Under the pieces are notes generated by a model that had not been told where the DNA came from, made no database searches, and worked only from the letters and a program-made list of their open reading frames with translations. 64,000 bases of DNA. Origin: Burkholderiaceae bacterium (GTDB taxonomy: Bacteria > Pseudomonadota > Gammaproteobacteria > Burkholderiales > Burkholderiaceae). Position 1 is the first letter of the stretch. Every line of letters begins with the position of its first letter. Shown piece after piece: positions 1-9,985 of the stretch. Location: assembly GCA_947449305.1 (NCBI GenBank), contig CANFRA010000001.1:6422-70421 (forward strand), given 5' to 3'. The translations under genes and the position numbers were made by a program.

Positions 1-524
1 AGGCCGGCTAATAGTGGAAAGAAGAGCTTGGATTCAAAGGCGTCCTTACCCCAATAGAGAAGCGCCATGAATGGCAAGCTAATCCAAAAGACTTCTGGTG
101 GGTCAGCTAAGAAAGGACGTCCGTAACGATAGGTGGCAAAAAAAGAAAGCCATACTAAAGCTGCTAACAAACCAGTTTGGGTTTTACCGCTAAAGCGACG
201 AACCGCTAAAAACAAGAAAAAAGCTGTAAGCCCTGTATAGAGAACACTAGGCCAACGCAAGTTCGCTAGAGACCATTGACTTGCCCAGTTACTAGAAGCA
301 AGGCCTTGCCAAAAAATGAGTGGTGGCTTGGTATTTTTGATTCCGTCCATTTCTGACTGAAGGGGTAGCCAATTCCCGGTCTCTGCAGTCATACGGACAA
401 TATGCATATAGGGATACTCATCCCCGTTTTTAGGTGCAAACCGACTATCTAAGCCATAAAGATAGGTAAATACACCTAGAAGTAGTATCAAGAGAGCGGA
501 ACGGTAAGAAAATGAGCCTCGCAT
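1..524 (-). CDS. ArnT/PMT-like (GT-C) membrane glycosyltransferase, 3' end outside window
   Basis: Manual translation from ATG at 524: MRGSFSYRSALLILLLGVFTYLYGLDSRFAPKNGDEYPYMHIVRMTAETGNWL...NTKPPLIFWQ; the DE, GNW and KPPL motifs are typical of ArnT-family enzymes. Confidence 0.75.
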   Translation of the reverse strand, partial: MRGSFSYRSALLILLLGVFTYLYGLDSRFAPKNGDEYPYMHIVRMTAETGNWLPLQSEMDGIKNTKPPLIFWQGLASSNWASQWSLANLRWPSVLYTGLTAFFLFLAVRRFSGKTQTGLLAALVWLSFFATYRYGRPFLADPPEVFWISLPFMALLYWGKDAFESKLFFPLLAG

Positions 525-705
525 CCCTATAGTTTATAGGTATGCAGGAAGATCAGATAAAAGTAGATTCCACCTCTTTTTTGTATGAGCTTATGAAAAA
601 TGAATCTGAGGCAAATCTCACTTTTCTCAGAACTTCTTGTTTAAGATGCTACTAAGCAAAAATGCAACACATAATTCAGAAATAAACCAAATGGAGATGG
701 ACCCA

Positions 706-1038
706 ATGCGAGCAAAGTATCTCAAACCCGCAATCCTAGCAACGCTCTATATCGGCATTAGCCATTGGAGTGGTGCCGCCCTTGCGCAAAACGCTGATGC
801 CAGCAATTTATACAAACGCAGCCTTGCTGCTACCTGCGCTAACTGTCATGGCACTGACGGCAAAGGGGTGCCTAATGCTGGCATGCCCATAATCAATAAT
901 TTAACAAGCGAGCAAATGCTGACTCAATTAAAAGCATTTAAATCTGGTGCTCGTGAAGGAACCATCATGCCGCAGTTAGCCAAAGGCTACTCTGACGAGC
1001 AACTTGAAACTATCGCCAATCAGCTTGGTAAGAAATAA
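706..1038 (+). CDS. Monoheme cytochrome c, likely cytochrome subunit of flavocytochrome c sulfide dehydrogenase
   Basis: Signal peptide, single CANCH heme motif, distal Met (TIMPQLA); GGAG before ATG 706; directly upstream of fccB-like gene. Confidence 0.85.
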   Translation: MRAKYLKPAILATLYIGISHWSGAALAQNADASNLYKRSLAATCANCHGTDGKGVPNAGMPIINNLTSEQMLTQLKAFKSGAREGTIMPQLAKGYSDEQLETIANQLGKK

Positions 1039-1052
1039 TAAGGAAGCCCATC

Positions 1053-2327
1053 ATGGATCGTCGACACTTTATTGGTCAGAGCGCAGCAGCGCTTGGTTTG
1101 CTTGCAGGCTTTTCTGGCCATGCTCGCGCTAATTTACAAAAAGCAGAAATTCTTGTCATTGGTGGCGGTTATGGCGGCGCTACTGCTGCTAAATACTTGC
1201 GCCTATTTTCGAATAACACTGCCAAAGTAACGCTCATTGAGCCAAATGCTTCATTTATTTCTTGCCCACTATCTAATTTAGTTGTGGGTGGCTCACGCAC
1301 TTTGGCAGAGCTCACTTCGCCTTATGACAATCTGAGCAAGCGTCATGGCATTAAAGTCATTCAAGATAGCGTTACCAGCATTGATGCAGATAAAAAAACC
1401 GTCAAGCTAGCCTCAGGTAAAACCTTGCGCTACGACAAGGCCATTGTTTCTCCTGGCATTACCTTGATGATGAATAGCATCGAAGGCTTAGCGCAAGCAA
1501 ACCAAGCAGGCGCGACATTACAAGCTTGGAAAGCTGGTCCTGAGACTGTTGCGCTCCACAAGCAGTTAGCGTCCATGCGTGATGGCGGTACTTTTGCACT
1601 CAGCATTCCAGAGGCTCCATACCGCTGCCCTCCTGGCCCCTATGAGCGTGCTTGCCAAGTAGCAAACTACCTTAAGAAGAATAAGCCAAAATCCAAGGTA
1701 TTGATTTTAGATGCCAACCAGGATGTGACATCTAAGGGTGCACTATTTAAAAAAGTGTGGGCTGAGCAGTATTCTGGAATCATTGAATATTTACCAAAAC
1801 ATAATGTCACTGCGGTTGATGCAAAAACCAAAACAATCAAGCTTGAAGTTCAAGATGATATTAAGGCTGATGTATTGAATTTACTTCCTGCGATGAGTGC
1901 TGGTGAAATTGCCGTCAAATCAGGCTTGGCAAATTCAAATGGTCGCTGGGTGAATGTGAACTTCCTGAACTTTGAATCTACAGCACAAAAGGATATCCAT
2001 GTATTGGGTGACTCAATACAAATTGCACCAGCAATGCCCAAGTCCGGTCATATGGCTAACTCACATGCCAAAGTAGCGGCCGCAGCAATTGTGGCTGAGC
2101 TCAGCGGCTGGGAAATAAATCCAGCCCCTGTTCTCACCAATACCTGCTACAGCTTCGTGAATGAACGTGAAGTCGTACACGTTGCCAGCGTGCATCAATA
2201 CAGCGCATCTGAAAAGACCTTCAAGACTGTTCCGGGGTCGGGCGGACTATCGCCGGCACCTACCACTCTTGAGGGTGTATATGCCTGGGGCTGGGCTCAC
2301 AATATCTGGGCTGATAGCTTAGGGTAA
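1053..2327 (+). CDS. fccB: Flavocytochrome c sulfide dehydrogenase flavoprotein subunit (FccB/SoxF family)
   Basis: Tat signal (DRRHFI), GGGYGG FAD motif, SCPLSN, YRCPPGPYERA, MPKSG and NTCYS motifs. Confidence 0.88.
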   Translation: MDRRHFIGQSAAALGLLAGFSGHARANLQKAEILVIGGGYGGATAAKYLRLFSNNTAKVTLIEPNASFISCPLSNLVVGGSRTLAELTSPYDNLSKRHGIKVIQDSVTSIDADKKTVKLASGKTLRYDKAIVSPGITLMMNSIEGLAQANQAGATLQAWKAGPETVALHKQLASMRDGGTFALSIPEAPYRCPPGPYERACQVANYLKKNKPKSKVLILDANQDVTSKGALFKKVWAEQYSGIIEYLPKHNVTAVDAKTKTIKLEVQDDIKADVLNLLPAMSAGEIAVKSGLANSNGRWVNVNFLNFESTAQKDIHVLGDSIQIAPAMPKSGHMANSHAKVAAAAIVAELSGWEINPAPVLTNTCYSFVNEREVVHVASVHQYSASEKTFKTVPGSGGLSPAPTTLEGVYAWGWAHNIWADSLG

Positions 2328-2345
2328 TCAAGGGAAGCACTTACG

Positions 2346-2373
2346 AAAAAGGGGCCTTTTGGCCTCTTTTTTT
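2346..2373 (+). terminator. Rho-independent terminator after fccB
   Basis: AAAAAGGGGCC-TTTT-GGCCTCTTTTTTT hairpin with U tract. Confidence 0.8.
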
Positions 2374-2435
2374 ATTTCCTCAAACCCCATTGGGAAATAT
2401 ACTGGCACAAATGTATTAGAAAACTGGAGACCTTT

Positions 2436-2894
2436 ATGAGCATGACCCCAAACTCCCCAAAAGATGCCTCCAAGCTAGAGGCTACCGTTGAAAAGTGGAC
2501 GGTACCCATTGGCAATCTGTTTGTCTCTCTATTCCATCGGATTGCATTATTTGGCATTGGCGCTGCAACCGTCTGGTCTTCGGCTGTCGCCTTCCTGGGA
2601 ATGGTAGATAAAGGATCTGCTTCTATTGAAGATTTACTCTTGCTATTTATCTACCTAGAGATTGGGGCCATGGTCGGTATTTATTTCAAAACCAATCATA
2701 TGCCTGTGCGGTTTTTGATCTATGTGGCAATCACTGCTGTGACCCGACTCATTATTGATTTGGTTAATACTAAGCATGAGGCGGACCTTCCCATTCTCTA
2801 CATGGGCATCACAATCCTCGTACTAGCGTTAGCCAATGCAGTAGTACGTTATGCCTCGTTTAAATATCCCAGCAGATCGAGTGAGAGTGAATAA
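2436..2894 (+). CDS. Phosphate-starvation-inducible PsiE family membrane protein
   Basis: Four TM segments; DLLLLFIYLEIGAMVGIYFKTNHMPVRFLIYVAITA signature. Confidence 0.85.
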   Translation: MSMTPNSPKDASKLEATVEKWTVPIGNLFVSLFHRIALFGIGAATVWSSAVAFLGMVDKGSASIEDLLLLFIYLEIGAMVGIYFKTNHMPVRFLIYVAITAVTRLIIDLVNTKHEADLPILYMGITILVLALANAVVRYASFKYPSRSSESE

Positions 2895-2895
2895 G

Positions 2896-4365
2896 TTATG
2901 AATGGGGCTCCGCCTTAGGGGGTTGCTCTGTAGAAGCAAATTCCTGCGCCTCAAAGGTTTGCACAGCTTCGATGATTTGATAAGGCTGCACCCCGCGATT
3001 TAAGCAGTTACGGACATAATCAATGCTAGTGCGCAAAGAATAGCACTCGCTTGCTAGACGTTTAGATACTTGGATCGTCAGCGCCCGATATTCTAGGACG
3101 TCCAATCTCTTCAAATACTCGTCTAACTGACTCAGATCGAAATTAGCAAGCAACTCCTGCTCAAAGCTCTTCAAGTCTGCATACAAACGATTGATCTTAT
3201 TTTGCATACGCCGGGTTCTAAAACCTGGCAAAGTTTGCAATAGCGGATAGGCAATAATTAAAAATGGTAGAACCATAAATACAACATGATTTAATAGTTC
3301 TGCAAGCCAAAATGGTAAGTACGAAAGCAAAGTAACCAAAAGTGGATAGTTATTATTCTCGAAATGAATGGCTACGGGGCTTTCAGGAAACATCGTATTT
3401 TTAAATGACGGAAATTCTCCACGCTCGGCAAAGAAGGTGGCTTTACCATTGATCTCCGTAGCTGCTTGGAGAAATAAAAATTGAATGGCCGGATGCATAC
3501 GGTCATCAATTAAAAGATTGGTAGTGGTAGCAAGCATTTTGATGTCTGCTCTAGGGAAGTTGCGCTTTAAATCAAACGCCCCTTCAGGCACATTCAATAC
3601 CTGCAAATAAGGTGCTAGTTTTGCATACGCCCCAGCACGCTGGAATGTCCCAATTTGTAAATTCCGATCCTGCAATAAGGCCTGCACGTTAGGTGAATAA
3701 TGGGTGTCCACCATAAATACACCATCGATCTCGCCATTCTTAATCGCTTTGACAGCTTCATGCCCGGGCAAATTTACAAACCCCGGTCCAGGCTCATAGC
3801 CTGAAAGCTTCAAAAGCTTCATAGCTTGAGCATGAGTTCCACCACCTTCAACACCAATAGAGATTTTTTTAGTCAGAAAATATTTCAATCCCCTATCCAC
3901 GCCCTGAAGCTCTTTAGAATTAAGCTCAGGACCGCGATAGAAAAACCAAATAGGATCATAGGCAATAACACCTAAAGACTGAATGCCAGTCGTGTCCTTG
4001 GTAGAAACGAGCCCAGCTTGGACAAACGCTACTTGCAAAGGATCATTGCGATCTGACAAACGATCAATATTCTCTTGCGCGCCCTTTGTAGCGACTAACT
4101 CTAAGGTAATGCCCTTCTTGGCAAAGAATTCTGCATATCGTTTTCCCAGAATCTCGCTAGCACTGCCAGAGCCTCCGGTTGCCATCATCACATGCCGCGG
4201 AGGTGGCGGATCGGCGTATATCCCGATGCCTACGATGATCAATAAAAGCAAAATCAAAATCGGCCAGGCCTCTTTTACGAACTGAACAAAGTCGAACCAC
4301 TTCTCCTGAGCGCTCTCGAAAAGCCCTAGAAAAGTTTCATGAACGTTCTGTTTAAAGCTTGCCAT
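2896..4365 (-). CDS. Membrane-anchored TAXI-type TRAP solute-binding-domain protein
   Basis: N-terminal TM plus PPPP, MATG..GS, T.GA.EN, AFVQ.G and G.EGGGT motifs; C-terminal TM (LPFWLA). Confidence 0.75.
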   Translation of the reverse strand: MASFKQNVHETFLGLFESAQEKWFDFVQFVKEAWPILILLLLIIVGIGIYADPPPPRHVMMATGGSGSASEILGKRYAEFFAKKGITLELVATKGAQENIDRLSDRNDPLQVAFVQAGLVSTKDTTGIQSLGVIAYDPIWFFYRGPELNSKELQGVDRGLKYFLTKKISIGVEGGGTHAQAMKLLKLSGYEPGPGFVNLPGHEAVKAIKNGEIDGVFMVDTHYSPNVQALLQDRNLQIGTFQRAGAYAKLAPYLQVLNVPEGAFDLKRNFPRADIKMLATTTNLLIDDRMHPAIQFLFLQAATEINGKATFFAERGEFPSFKNTMFPESPVAIHFENNNYPLLVTLLSYLPFWLAELLNHVVFMVLPFLIIAYPLLQTLPGFRTRRMQNKINRLYADLKSFEQELLANFDLSQLDEYLKRLDVLEYRALTIQVSKRLASECYSLRTSIDYVRNCLNRGVQPYQIIEAVQTFEAQEFASTEQPPKAEPHS

Positions 4366-4443
4366 ACATCACCAATCAGCAAATATTTTAAAAGCTAATG
4401 ATAATGTGCTTATTGATATTTCTAAAATGAAAGTAGCAAACCC

Positions 4444-5145
4444 ATGCTCCAACTACGAAAATCCGCAGATAGAGGCTATGCAGATCATGGCTGGCTTAAA
4501 AGCTTTCACTCCTTCTCTTTTGCCGGCTATCACGACCCCCAGTTTATGGGCTGGGGGAACTTAAGAGTCATCAATGAGGATCGCGTAGCAGCCGGAATGG
4601 GTTTTGGTAAGCATGGTCATCGCAATATGGAAATCATTAGCTATGTTCTCTCTGGTGAATTAGCCCATGAGGACAGTATGGGAAATATCAAAGGTATTCC
4701 CCCAGGGGACGTACAGCGCATGAGCGCCGGTTCTGGCATCACGCATAGTGAGTTCAATCATGCCAAAGACCAAACAACCCATTTCTTACAAATCTGGATT
4801 GAGCCCAATGTTTTAGAGATTGAGCCAAACTATGAGCAAAAAACTATTCCACTTTCTGATAAACAAGGCAAGCTGCGCTTAGTAGCTTCACCAGATGGCG
4901 CAGAAGGATCTGTAAAGATCTTTGCAGATGCGAAGGTATATGCTGGTTTATTTGATGGACTTCAGACTGCGCAATTGCAGCTTGATCCGAAACGCAAGGC
5001 TTATGTTCACCTGATTCAAGGATCACTAGACATCAATAGTCAAACTCTAGGAGGTGGTGATGCCCTGCTGATTAAAAATGAAAGTCAATTGGCTATCTAC
5101 AATGGAAAAAGCGCTGAAGTCCTTGTATTTGACCTCAGCGCTTAA
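4444..5145 (+). CDS. Pirin family protein (YhhW-like)
   Basis: RG..DHGWL.S.HSFSFA.Y, HGHRNMEI, MSAG.GI.HSE motifs. Confidence 0.92.
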   Translation: MLQLRKSADRGYADHGWLKSFHSFSFAGYHDPQFMGWGNLRVINEDRVAAGMGFGKHGHRNMEIISYVLSGELAHEDSMGNIKGIPPGDVQRMSAGSGITHSEFNHAKDQTTHFLQIWIEPNVLEIEPNYEQKTIPLSDKQGKLRLVASPDGAEGSVKIFADAKVYAGLFDGLQTAQLQLDPKRKAYVHLIQGSLDINSQTLGGGDALLIKNESQLAIYNGKSAEVLVFDLSA

Positions 5146-5168
5146 TTGATTTGAAAAGGCGTTTTAAA

Positions 5169-6152
5169 TTAATCCAACTTAATCTTGGCCTTCTCTATCA
5201 CCACTTTCCAACGGGCAATATCCGAGAAATATAAATCTGAGAACTGCTGCGTATTCATCGGGGCAACCTGAACACCAGCCTTCTGGAAACGGTCCTTCAT
5301 CTCTGGCGTTTCTAAGATTTTCAGAATGGAATTATTTAATTCCTTAATGATGTTTGGCGAAGTCCCTGCTGGCACAAATACACCCTGCCATAAAGCCATT
5401 TCATAACCTTTAACGCCTGCCTCTTGCATCGTCATTAATTCAGGAGCGCCACTAAAACGACTTTTACCAGTCACGGCTAATGCTTTAGCTTTGTCGCCCT
5501 TATATAAAGGGAGCCCAACTGGCATACCAGCAAAGTAAAAGTCAATTTGTCCGCCAACTAAATCTGTAGCTGCTGGTGACCCACCTTTGTAGGGAATATG
5601 AATCGCCTGTAAACCAGTGGTAGCTAAAAATAATTCGCCTGCCATCTGATCTGAATTTCCGATACCAGAAGAACCAAAACTCAATTTTCCGGGGTCCGCT
5701 TTGAGCATTGCAATGAGGTCAGCAACAGACTTTGCAGGAGAATTATTATTCACAATCAAAATATGAGGGGTAGCAGCAACACCAACTACTGGCAGCAAAT
5801 CTTTTTGTCCATTAAATGGCAATCTTGGATTGGCTGCTACGTTAATGGCTAAGCCATTTTGTGCAAATAAAATGGTGTACCCATCTGGAGCGCTCTTAGC
5901 AACTGCATCAGCAGCCAAGCTACCGGCTGCACCACCACGATTCTCAACAATGACCGGTTGCTTTAAAGCAAGACTCAGATCATTGGCGATCATCCTGCCC
6001 ACAATGTCAGTAGAGCTACCTGGTGCATAGCCAATCATCATCTTGATAGGCTTATCGGGGTAGGCGGCAACAGCAAAACCCGCGATTACCGGAATCACTG
6101 CCAAAGCTACTACAGTGTTTAATGCAATGTTTTTTAATGATTTTTTAAACAT
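5169..6152 (-). CDS. Bug/TctC tripartite tricarboxylate transporter substrate-binding protein
   Basis: Signal peptide, YPDKPI, PG.STD, VENRGGA.G, PDGYT, HIPYKG motifs. Confidence 0.92.
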   Translation of the reverse strand: MFKKSLKNIALNTVVALAVIPVIAGFAVAAYPDKPIKMMIGYAPGSSTDIVGRMIANDLSLALKQPVIVENRGGAAGSLAADAVAKSAPDGYTILFAQNGLAINVAANPRLPFNGQKDLLPVVGVAATPHILIVNNNSPAKSVADLIAMLKADPGKLSFGSSGIGNSDQMAGELFLATTGLQAIHIPYKGGSPAATDLVGGQIDFYFAGMPVGLPLYKGDKAKALAVTGKSRFSGAPELMTMQEAGVKGYEMALWQGVFVPAGTSPNIIKELNNSILKILETPEMKDRFQKAGVQVAPMNTQQFSDLYFSDIARWKVVIEKAKIKLD

Positions 6153-6182
6153 CTTGTCTCCTCCAGTAATAATTTCAATTCT

Positions 6183-7232
6183 TTATAAATTTAAAGTAGC
6201 GATACCACACTCTTTCGCGCAAGTATTTAACGCCTCTAGCAATTCGGGTGACACCGGAATACCTACACGCTTTCTCTCAGCCATCATCTTTGCAGCGCCT
6301 TCACCTGGCACTCGAATTTCTTTAACACCAGGTAATGTTGCTGAGTTTTTTAAATCTTCCACTAAAGCAATCACTCTACTGACAAACTCTTCCTTGTTTC
6401 CAAAGGCGCCTGGGTCAACTGCAATAATGGTTTGCCCAGTATTGGTTACCAAATCATGATGCGCATTGAAATCAATCGTACCTTTGCCTACGGCAGCATT
6501 ATTCAGCGCTCCTGCAAGCAAACCAATCATCACAGCCAAACCATACCCTTTGTAGGCACCAATTGGCAACAAGGAGCCCTCTGCAGCTCTTTTAGGATCA
6601 GTAATGGGTTTGCCTTGGCGATCGATCATCCAATCATCCGGTATAGACTCGCCCTTCTGAGCTGCGACTTTGACTTTTCCATAAGCAGCTACTGTGGTGG
6701 CAATATCCAGGAGGACTATGGGGCCTTCGCCCGCTGGTACAGCGATTGCAATCGGGTTGGTAGAGAGCAACAAGTCAATACCACCCCATGGCGCCATATG
6801 ATTAGCATTGCCAACAGCCATATAAATACCAATGTAGCCTTGTTCTGCTAATTTGCGAACGTACACTGACGCCGCGCCCGAATGATTGCCGTAGTGACTA
6901 CCAATCCAACAGACACTATGTTTTTTTACCATTTCAATCGCAAGATCAACTGCTCTATTCATCACCAGATGACCTAAAGCATTATCACCATTAATAAGCG
7001 CTGTTGCACCTTGCTCACGCTCAATGCGAATATTGGGATTGAGGTTTACGCCACCAGCTCGGATTCTCTTTAAATATGCAGGTAAACGAAAAATACCATG
7101 CCCATCAGCACCAACTACATCCGACTTCACCATCAAATTAGCAATGATGTCTGCGTCAGCCGCGGGAACCTGTTGTGATTGAAGCGCCTTTGATATAAAC
7201 GCTTCGGCATCGGCAATGGATAAATATTTCAT
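6183..7232 (-). CDS. Ldh_2 family (malate/L-lactate/sulfolactate-type) oxidoreductase
   Basis: GHG..RL..Y, NH.GA, TNPIA, LD.ATT and YKGYGL motifs. Confidence 0.88.
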   Translation of the reverse strand: MKYLSIADAEAFISKALQSQQVPAADADIIANLMVKSDVVGADGHGIFRLPAYLKRIRAGGVNLNPNIRIEREQGATALINGDNALGHLVMNRAVDLAIEMVKKHSVCWIGSHYGNHSGAASVYVRKLAEQGYIGIYMAVGNANHMAPWGGIDLLLSTNPIAIAVPAGEGPIVLLDIATTVAAYGKVKVAAQKGESIPDDWMIDRQGKPITDPKRAAEGSLLPIGAYKGYGLAVMIGLLAGALNNAAVGKGTIDFNAHHDLVTNTGQTIIAVDPGAFGNKEEFVSRVIALVEDLKNSATLPGVKEIRVPGEGAAKMMAERKRVGIPVSPELLEALNTCAKECGIATLNL

Positions 7233-7238
7233 AATGGC

Positions 7239-7988
7239 TTAAATCTCTGAGCTCGCTTTAAATTCCATACTGTAAACATACTTATTTTCTGGGTGATGCG
7301 TCACTGATACCTCAAATAACTTATCTTGATCATCAAAATACCGACGAATAATTACTAAGCAAGCAGGATTGTGTTTGATATTGAGTTTTGCAGCAATCTC
7401 TGACGATGCTGGGGCAGCATACACATCAACCTCTGCCCTCTCAATCCTCGCTCCATACTTTTTCTCTATCTGCTCGTATACCATCACCTGTGTGTGCTCT
7501 GGATCTTTGGTTAAAGATGCAAATTGAGGCAAGATATAAATATCAGTCCAAGCAATCGTTTCTTCAGACTGCTGCCGCTTACGCATACCCCCAATGTGAT
7601 ACCAAGACGACCCAATCGGCGCCCTCACAATCTGACTTAATGACTTATCTAGCTCAATATATTCTTCTACCAAATTTTGACGATAGGTATCGCGCGAATA
7701 ACTCAAGATATCAATCGGAGAGTCAAAGCTTTGTGTAAAGCGCCGCAACCGTTTTCTAGAGACTACCTTGGTAGGTGCGCCTTGATGACGATAAATCAAG
7801 CCATTGGCTTCCAGAATTTGTAATGCATGGCGCAAGGTATGTCGACTAGATTGAAAATCTCGACATAGATCTACCTCAGATGGCAAGGCTGACCCAACAG
7901 ACCAATCACCGTTATAAATATGCTGCTCTAGCGAGTTTGCTAAAGCCTTATATAAGGGTAATCGCTCCGACAATTTAGGAAAGCCCAA
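7239..7988 (-). CDS. GntR family regulator with UTRA-type effector domain
   Basis: N-terminal LPSE..L...F..SR.T.R.AL wHTH; ~250 aa HutC-type length. Confidence 0.88.
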   Translation of the reverse strand: MGFPKLSERLPLYKALANSLEQHIYNGDWSVGSALPSEVDLCRDFQSSRHTLRHALQILEANGLIYRHQGAPTKVVSRKRLRRFTQSFDSPIDILSYSRDTYRQNLVEEYIELDKSLSQIVRAPIGSSWYHIGGMRKRQQSEETIAWTDIYILPQFASLTKDPEHTQVMVYEQIEKKYGARIERAEVDVYAAPASSEIAAKLNIKHNPACLVIIRRYFDDQDKLFEVSVTHHPENKYVYSMEFKASSEI

Positions 7989-8907
7989 ACATTTTTTTGC
8001 CAGCGACTGGGAGCCGAGCCTTCAAGATATCTCCAGATAAAGATTCTGTAATGTAGAGATCTTTTCCGTCAGCACCACCAAAACACATATTGGCCAAATG
8101 ATGATGGTGTGGATTCTCTGAATAAATTAAATGGGTTGGAAGCATATTGTTATCAAACCTCCAGATACCAACACCTAGATGGCAAACCAACAAGCCGTTT
8201 TCAGAATCCATCTCAATACCATCAGGCCCTGCCACACCACCAGTCAGCTGAATCGCTACACCAGTCTTTGATACGGAGCCATCAGCCATCAACGGCAATC
8301 TCCAGATTTGCTGAGATCTTGTAGCGGCTACAAATACATGCTTTTCTTGCGTATTCAAAGTAATCCCGTTTGGACTGGGCACATTGAGCGCCAAGCGATC
8401 TAACTGACCATTTGTACGCAGTCGGAAGACGCGCCCTGTCGGATCGGCAATGCCAGTTTGGCCTTGGTCTGTAAAATACAAATCGCCATTAGAGGCAAAG
8501 TGCAAATCATTTAAGCCCTTAAAGTTTTCGCTATACATAGAACCCAGAATGGTTTCAATTTTTCCAGTTTTAGGGTCTAAAGCAATTAAACCTGCTTTGT
8601 AATCACAAATAAATGCGCGGCCATCTTTATGAAACTTCAATCCATTTGGCCAGCCATCATATTGAGCAATTAATTCCCACTCGCCTTTGGTATCTATTCT
8701 GAAAACACGGCCAAAAGGAATATCCACAAACCATAAGTTACCCTCACGATCAAAAGAGGGGCCCTCTAGAAAGCACTCTACTTCAGCACCCTGACGGTTT
8801 GGATCAGACCAGCCAGTACGGGATTTTTTTCTAAATTTCTCCGGCATTGTTGCAAAAACTTCTGTTTTTATTTTCTCAACTGGCTGAAAGGGGTTATGCA
8901 TGGTCAT
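7975..8907 (-). CDS. SMP-30/gluconolactonase family lactonase
   Basis: LEGP, PNGL, LND, YFTD, PNGI and GPDG beta-propeller motifs. Confidence 0.88.
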   Translation of the reverse strand: MTMHNPFQPVEKIKTEVFATMPEKFRKKSRTGWSDPNRQGAEVECFLEGPSFDREGNLWFVDIPFGRVFRIDTKGEWELIAQYDGWPNGLKFHKDGRAFICDYKAGLIALDPKTGKIETILGSMYSENFKGLNDLHFASNGDLYFTDQGQTGIADPTGRVFRLRTNGQLDRLALNVPSPNGITLNTQEKHVFVAATRSQQIWRLPLMADGSVSKTGVAIQLTGGVAGPDGIEMDSENGLLVCHLGVGIWRFDNNMLPTHLIYSENPHHHHLANMCFGGADGKDLYITESLSGDILKARLPVAGKKMFGLS

Positions 8908-9049
8908 GAAAGGCGCTCCTAGGGTAAGTTATACGGATAAGTAGTTATTATTATTGAACTATTAAAACATAAATAATGATAACCTTAGATACTTATTGAT
9001 CAAAACCGATCTTTCCCAATTCATCACTTATCCATATAGGTTAAAAAAT

Positions 9050-9985
9050 ATGAAATCTGTAGCTATTGTCGGAACTGGCATCATGGGTGCCGGTATTGCA
9101 GCCGGCTTCATCGCCCAAAGCATCCCTGTAGCTATTCTCGGCAGATCTAAAGATAAGGCTGATGCCTGCTTGGATAAGGCCATTACTCTTGCAAAGAAAA
9201 TTGGCATGCACGGAGACAATGCCGCCAAAGTGGAATCTGAGATTAAGAAGCAACAATTTTCTGGGGTATTAGAAGATTGGCAGGACTGGAATCAATGCCT
9301 ATGGGTGATTGAGACCGTTGCAGAGAGCTTGGAGTTAAAGCAAAAGGTATTCCAATACCTCGATCAAGTCGTACCAAGCGAGATTCCCATTGGAAGTAAT
9401 AGCTCTGGCTTTCCAATTAGCAAAATTGCGGAAGGCCTAAAAACTGCAAATCGCATGATGGGCGCCCACTACTTCATGCCAGCAGAAGTAGTGCCACTAG
9501 TTGAAATTGTGATGGGACAAAAGACTGACATCAAATATGCCGAACAGGCCTGTACGCTCTACAAAGCTATCGACAAGAAGCCAGTCTTGGTTAAAAAAGA
9601 TATCCCTGGGTTTTTAGCCAATCGCATTCAGCATGCGCTCATGAGAGAGGCGCTCTCATTGGTGCAAGAGGGCATTGCTACTCCAGCAGATATTGATGAC
9701 GCCGTGAGATATAGCTTTGGTTTTCGCTATGCCGCAGTAGGCCCAATGACACAAAAAGAAATTTCAGGATGGGACGGAATGGCCAATGCTGCAAAAGAAA
9801 TTTACCCTTCACTTTCTAACATTACTACCCTGCCGCCAAAAGTAGTTCAACTCATGGCCGAAGGAAAAACGGGTATGAAAGCTGGTGAGGGTTTTAGAAA
9901 ATGGACGCCAGAAGAAATCAAAACGGTTTCTGACTCATACTCCCGCAGATTGAAAGCTGCTTTCGACGTTCTTAATATTGAATAA
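9050..9985 (+). CDS. 3-hydroxyacyl-CoA dehydrogenase family protein
   Basis: GTGIMG Rossmann motif, E.V.E.LELK, SNSS, HYF.P, PGF.ANR; ATG at 9050 preferred over upstream TTG. Confidence 0.88.
   Translation: MKSVAIVGTGIMGAGIAAGFIAQSIPVAILGRSKDKADACLDKAITLAKKIGMHGDNAAKVESEIKKQQFSGVLEDWQDWNQCLWVIETVAESLELKQKVFQYLDQVVPSEIPIGSNSSGFPISKIAEGLKTANRMMGAHYFMPAEVVPLVEIVMGQKTDIKYAEQACTLYKAIDKKPVLVKKDIPGFLANRIQHALMREALSLVQEGIATPADIDDAVRYSFGFRYAAVGPMTQKEISGWDGMANAAKEIYPSLSNITTLPPKVVQLMAEGKTGMKAGEGFRKWTPEEIKTVSDSYSRRLKAAFDVLNIE

Noticed and set aside
4394-4416. Fur-box-like GCTAATGATAATGTGCTTATTG upstream of pirin
   Set aside because: Only a half-site match in AT-rich DNA; insufficient support
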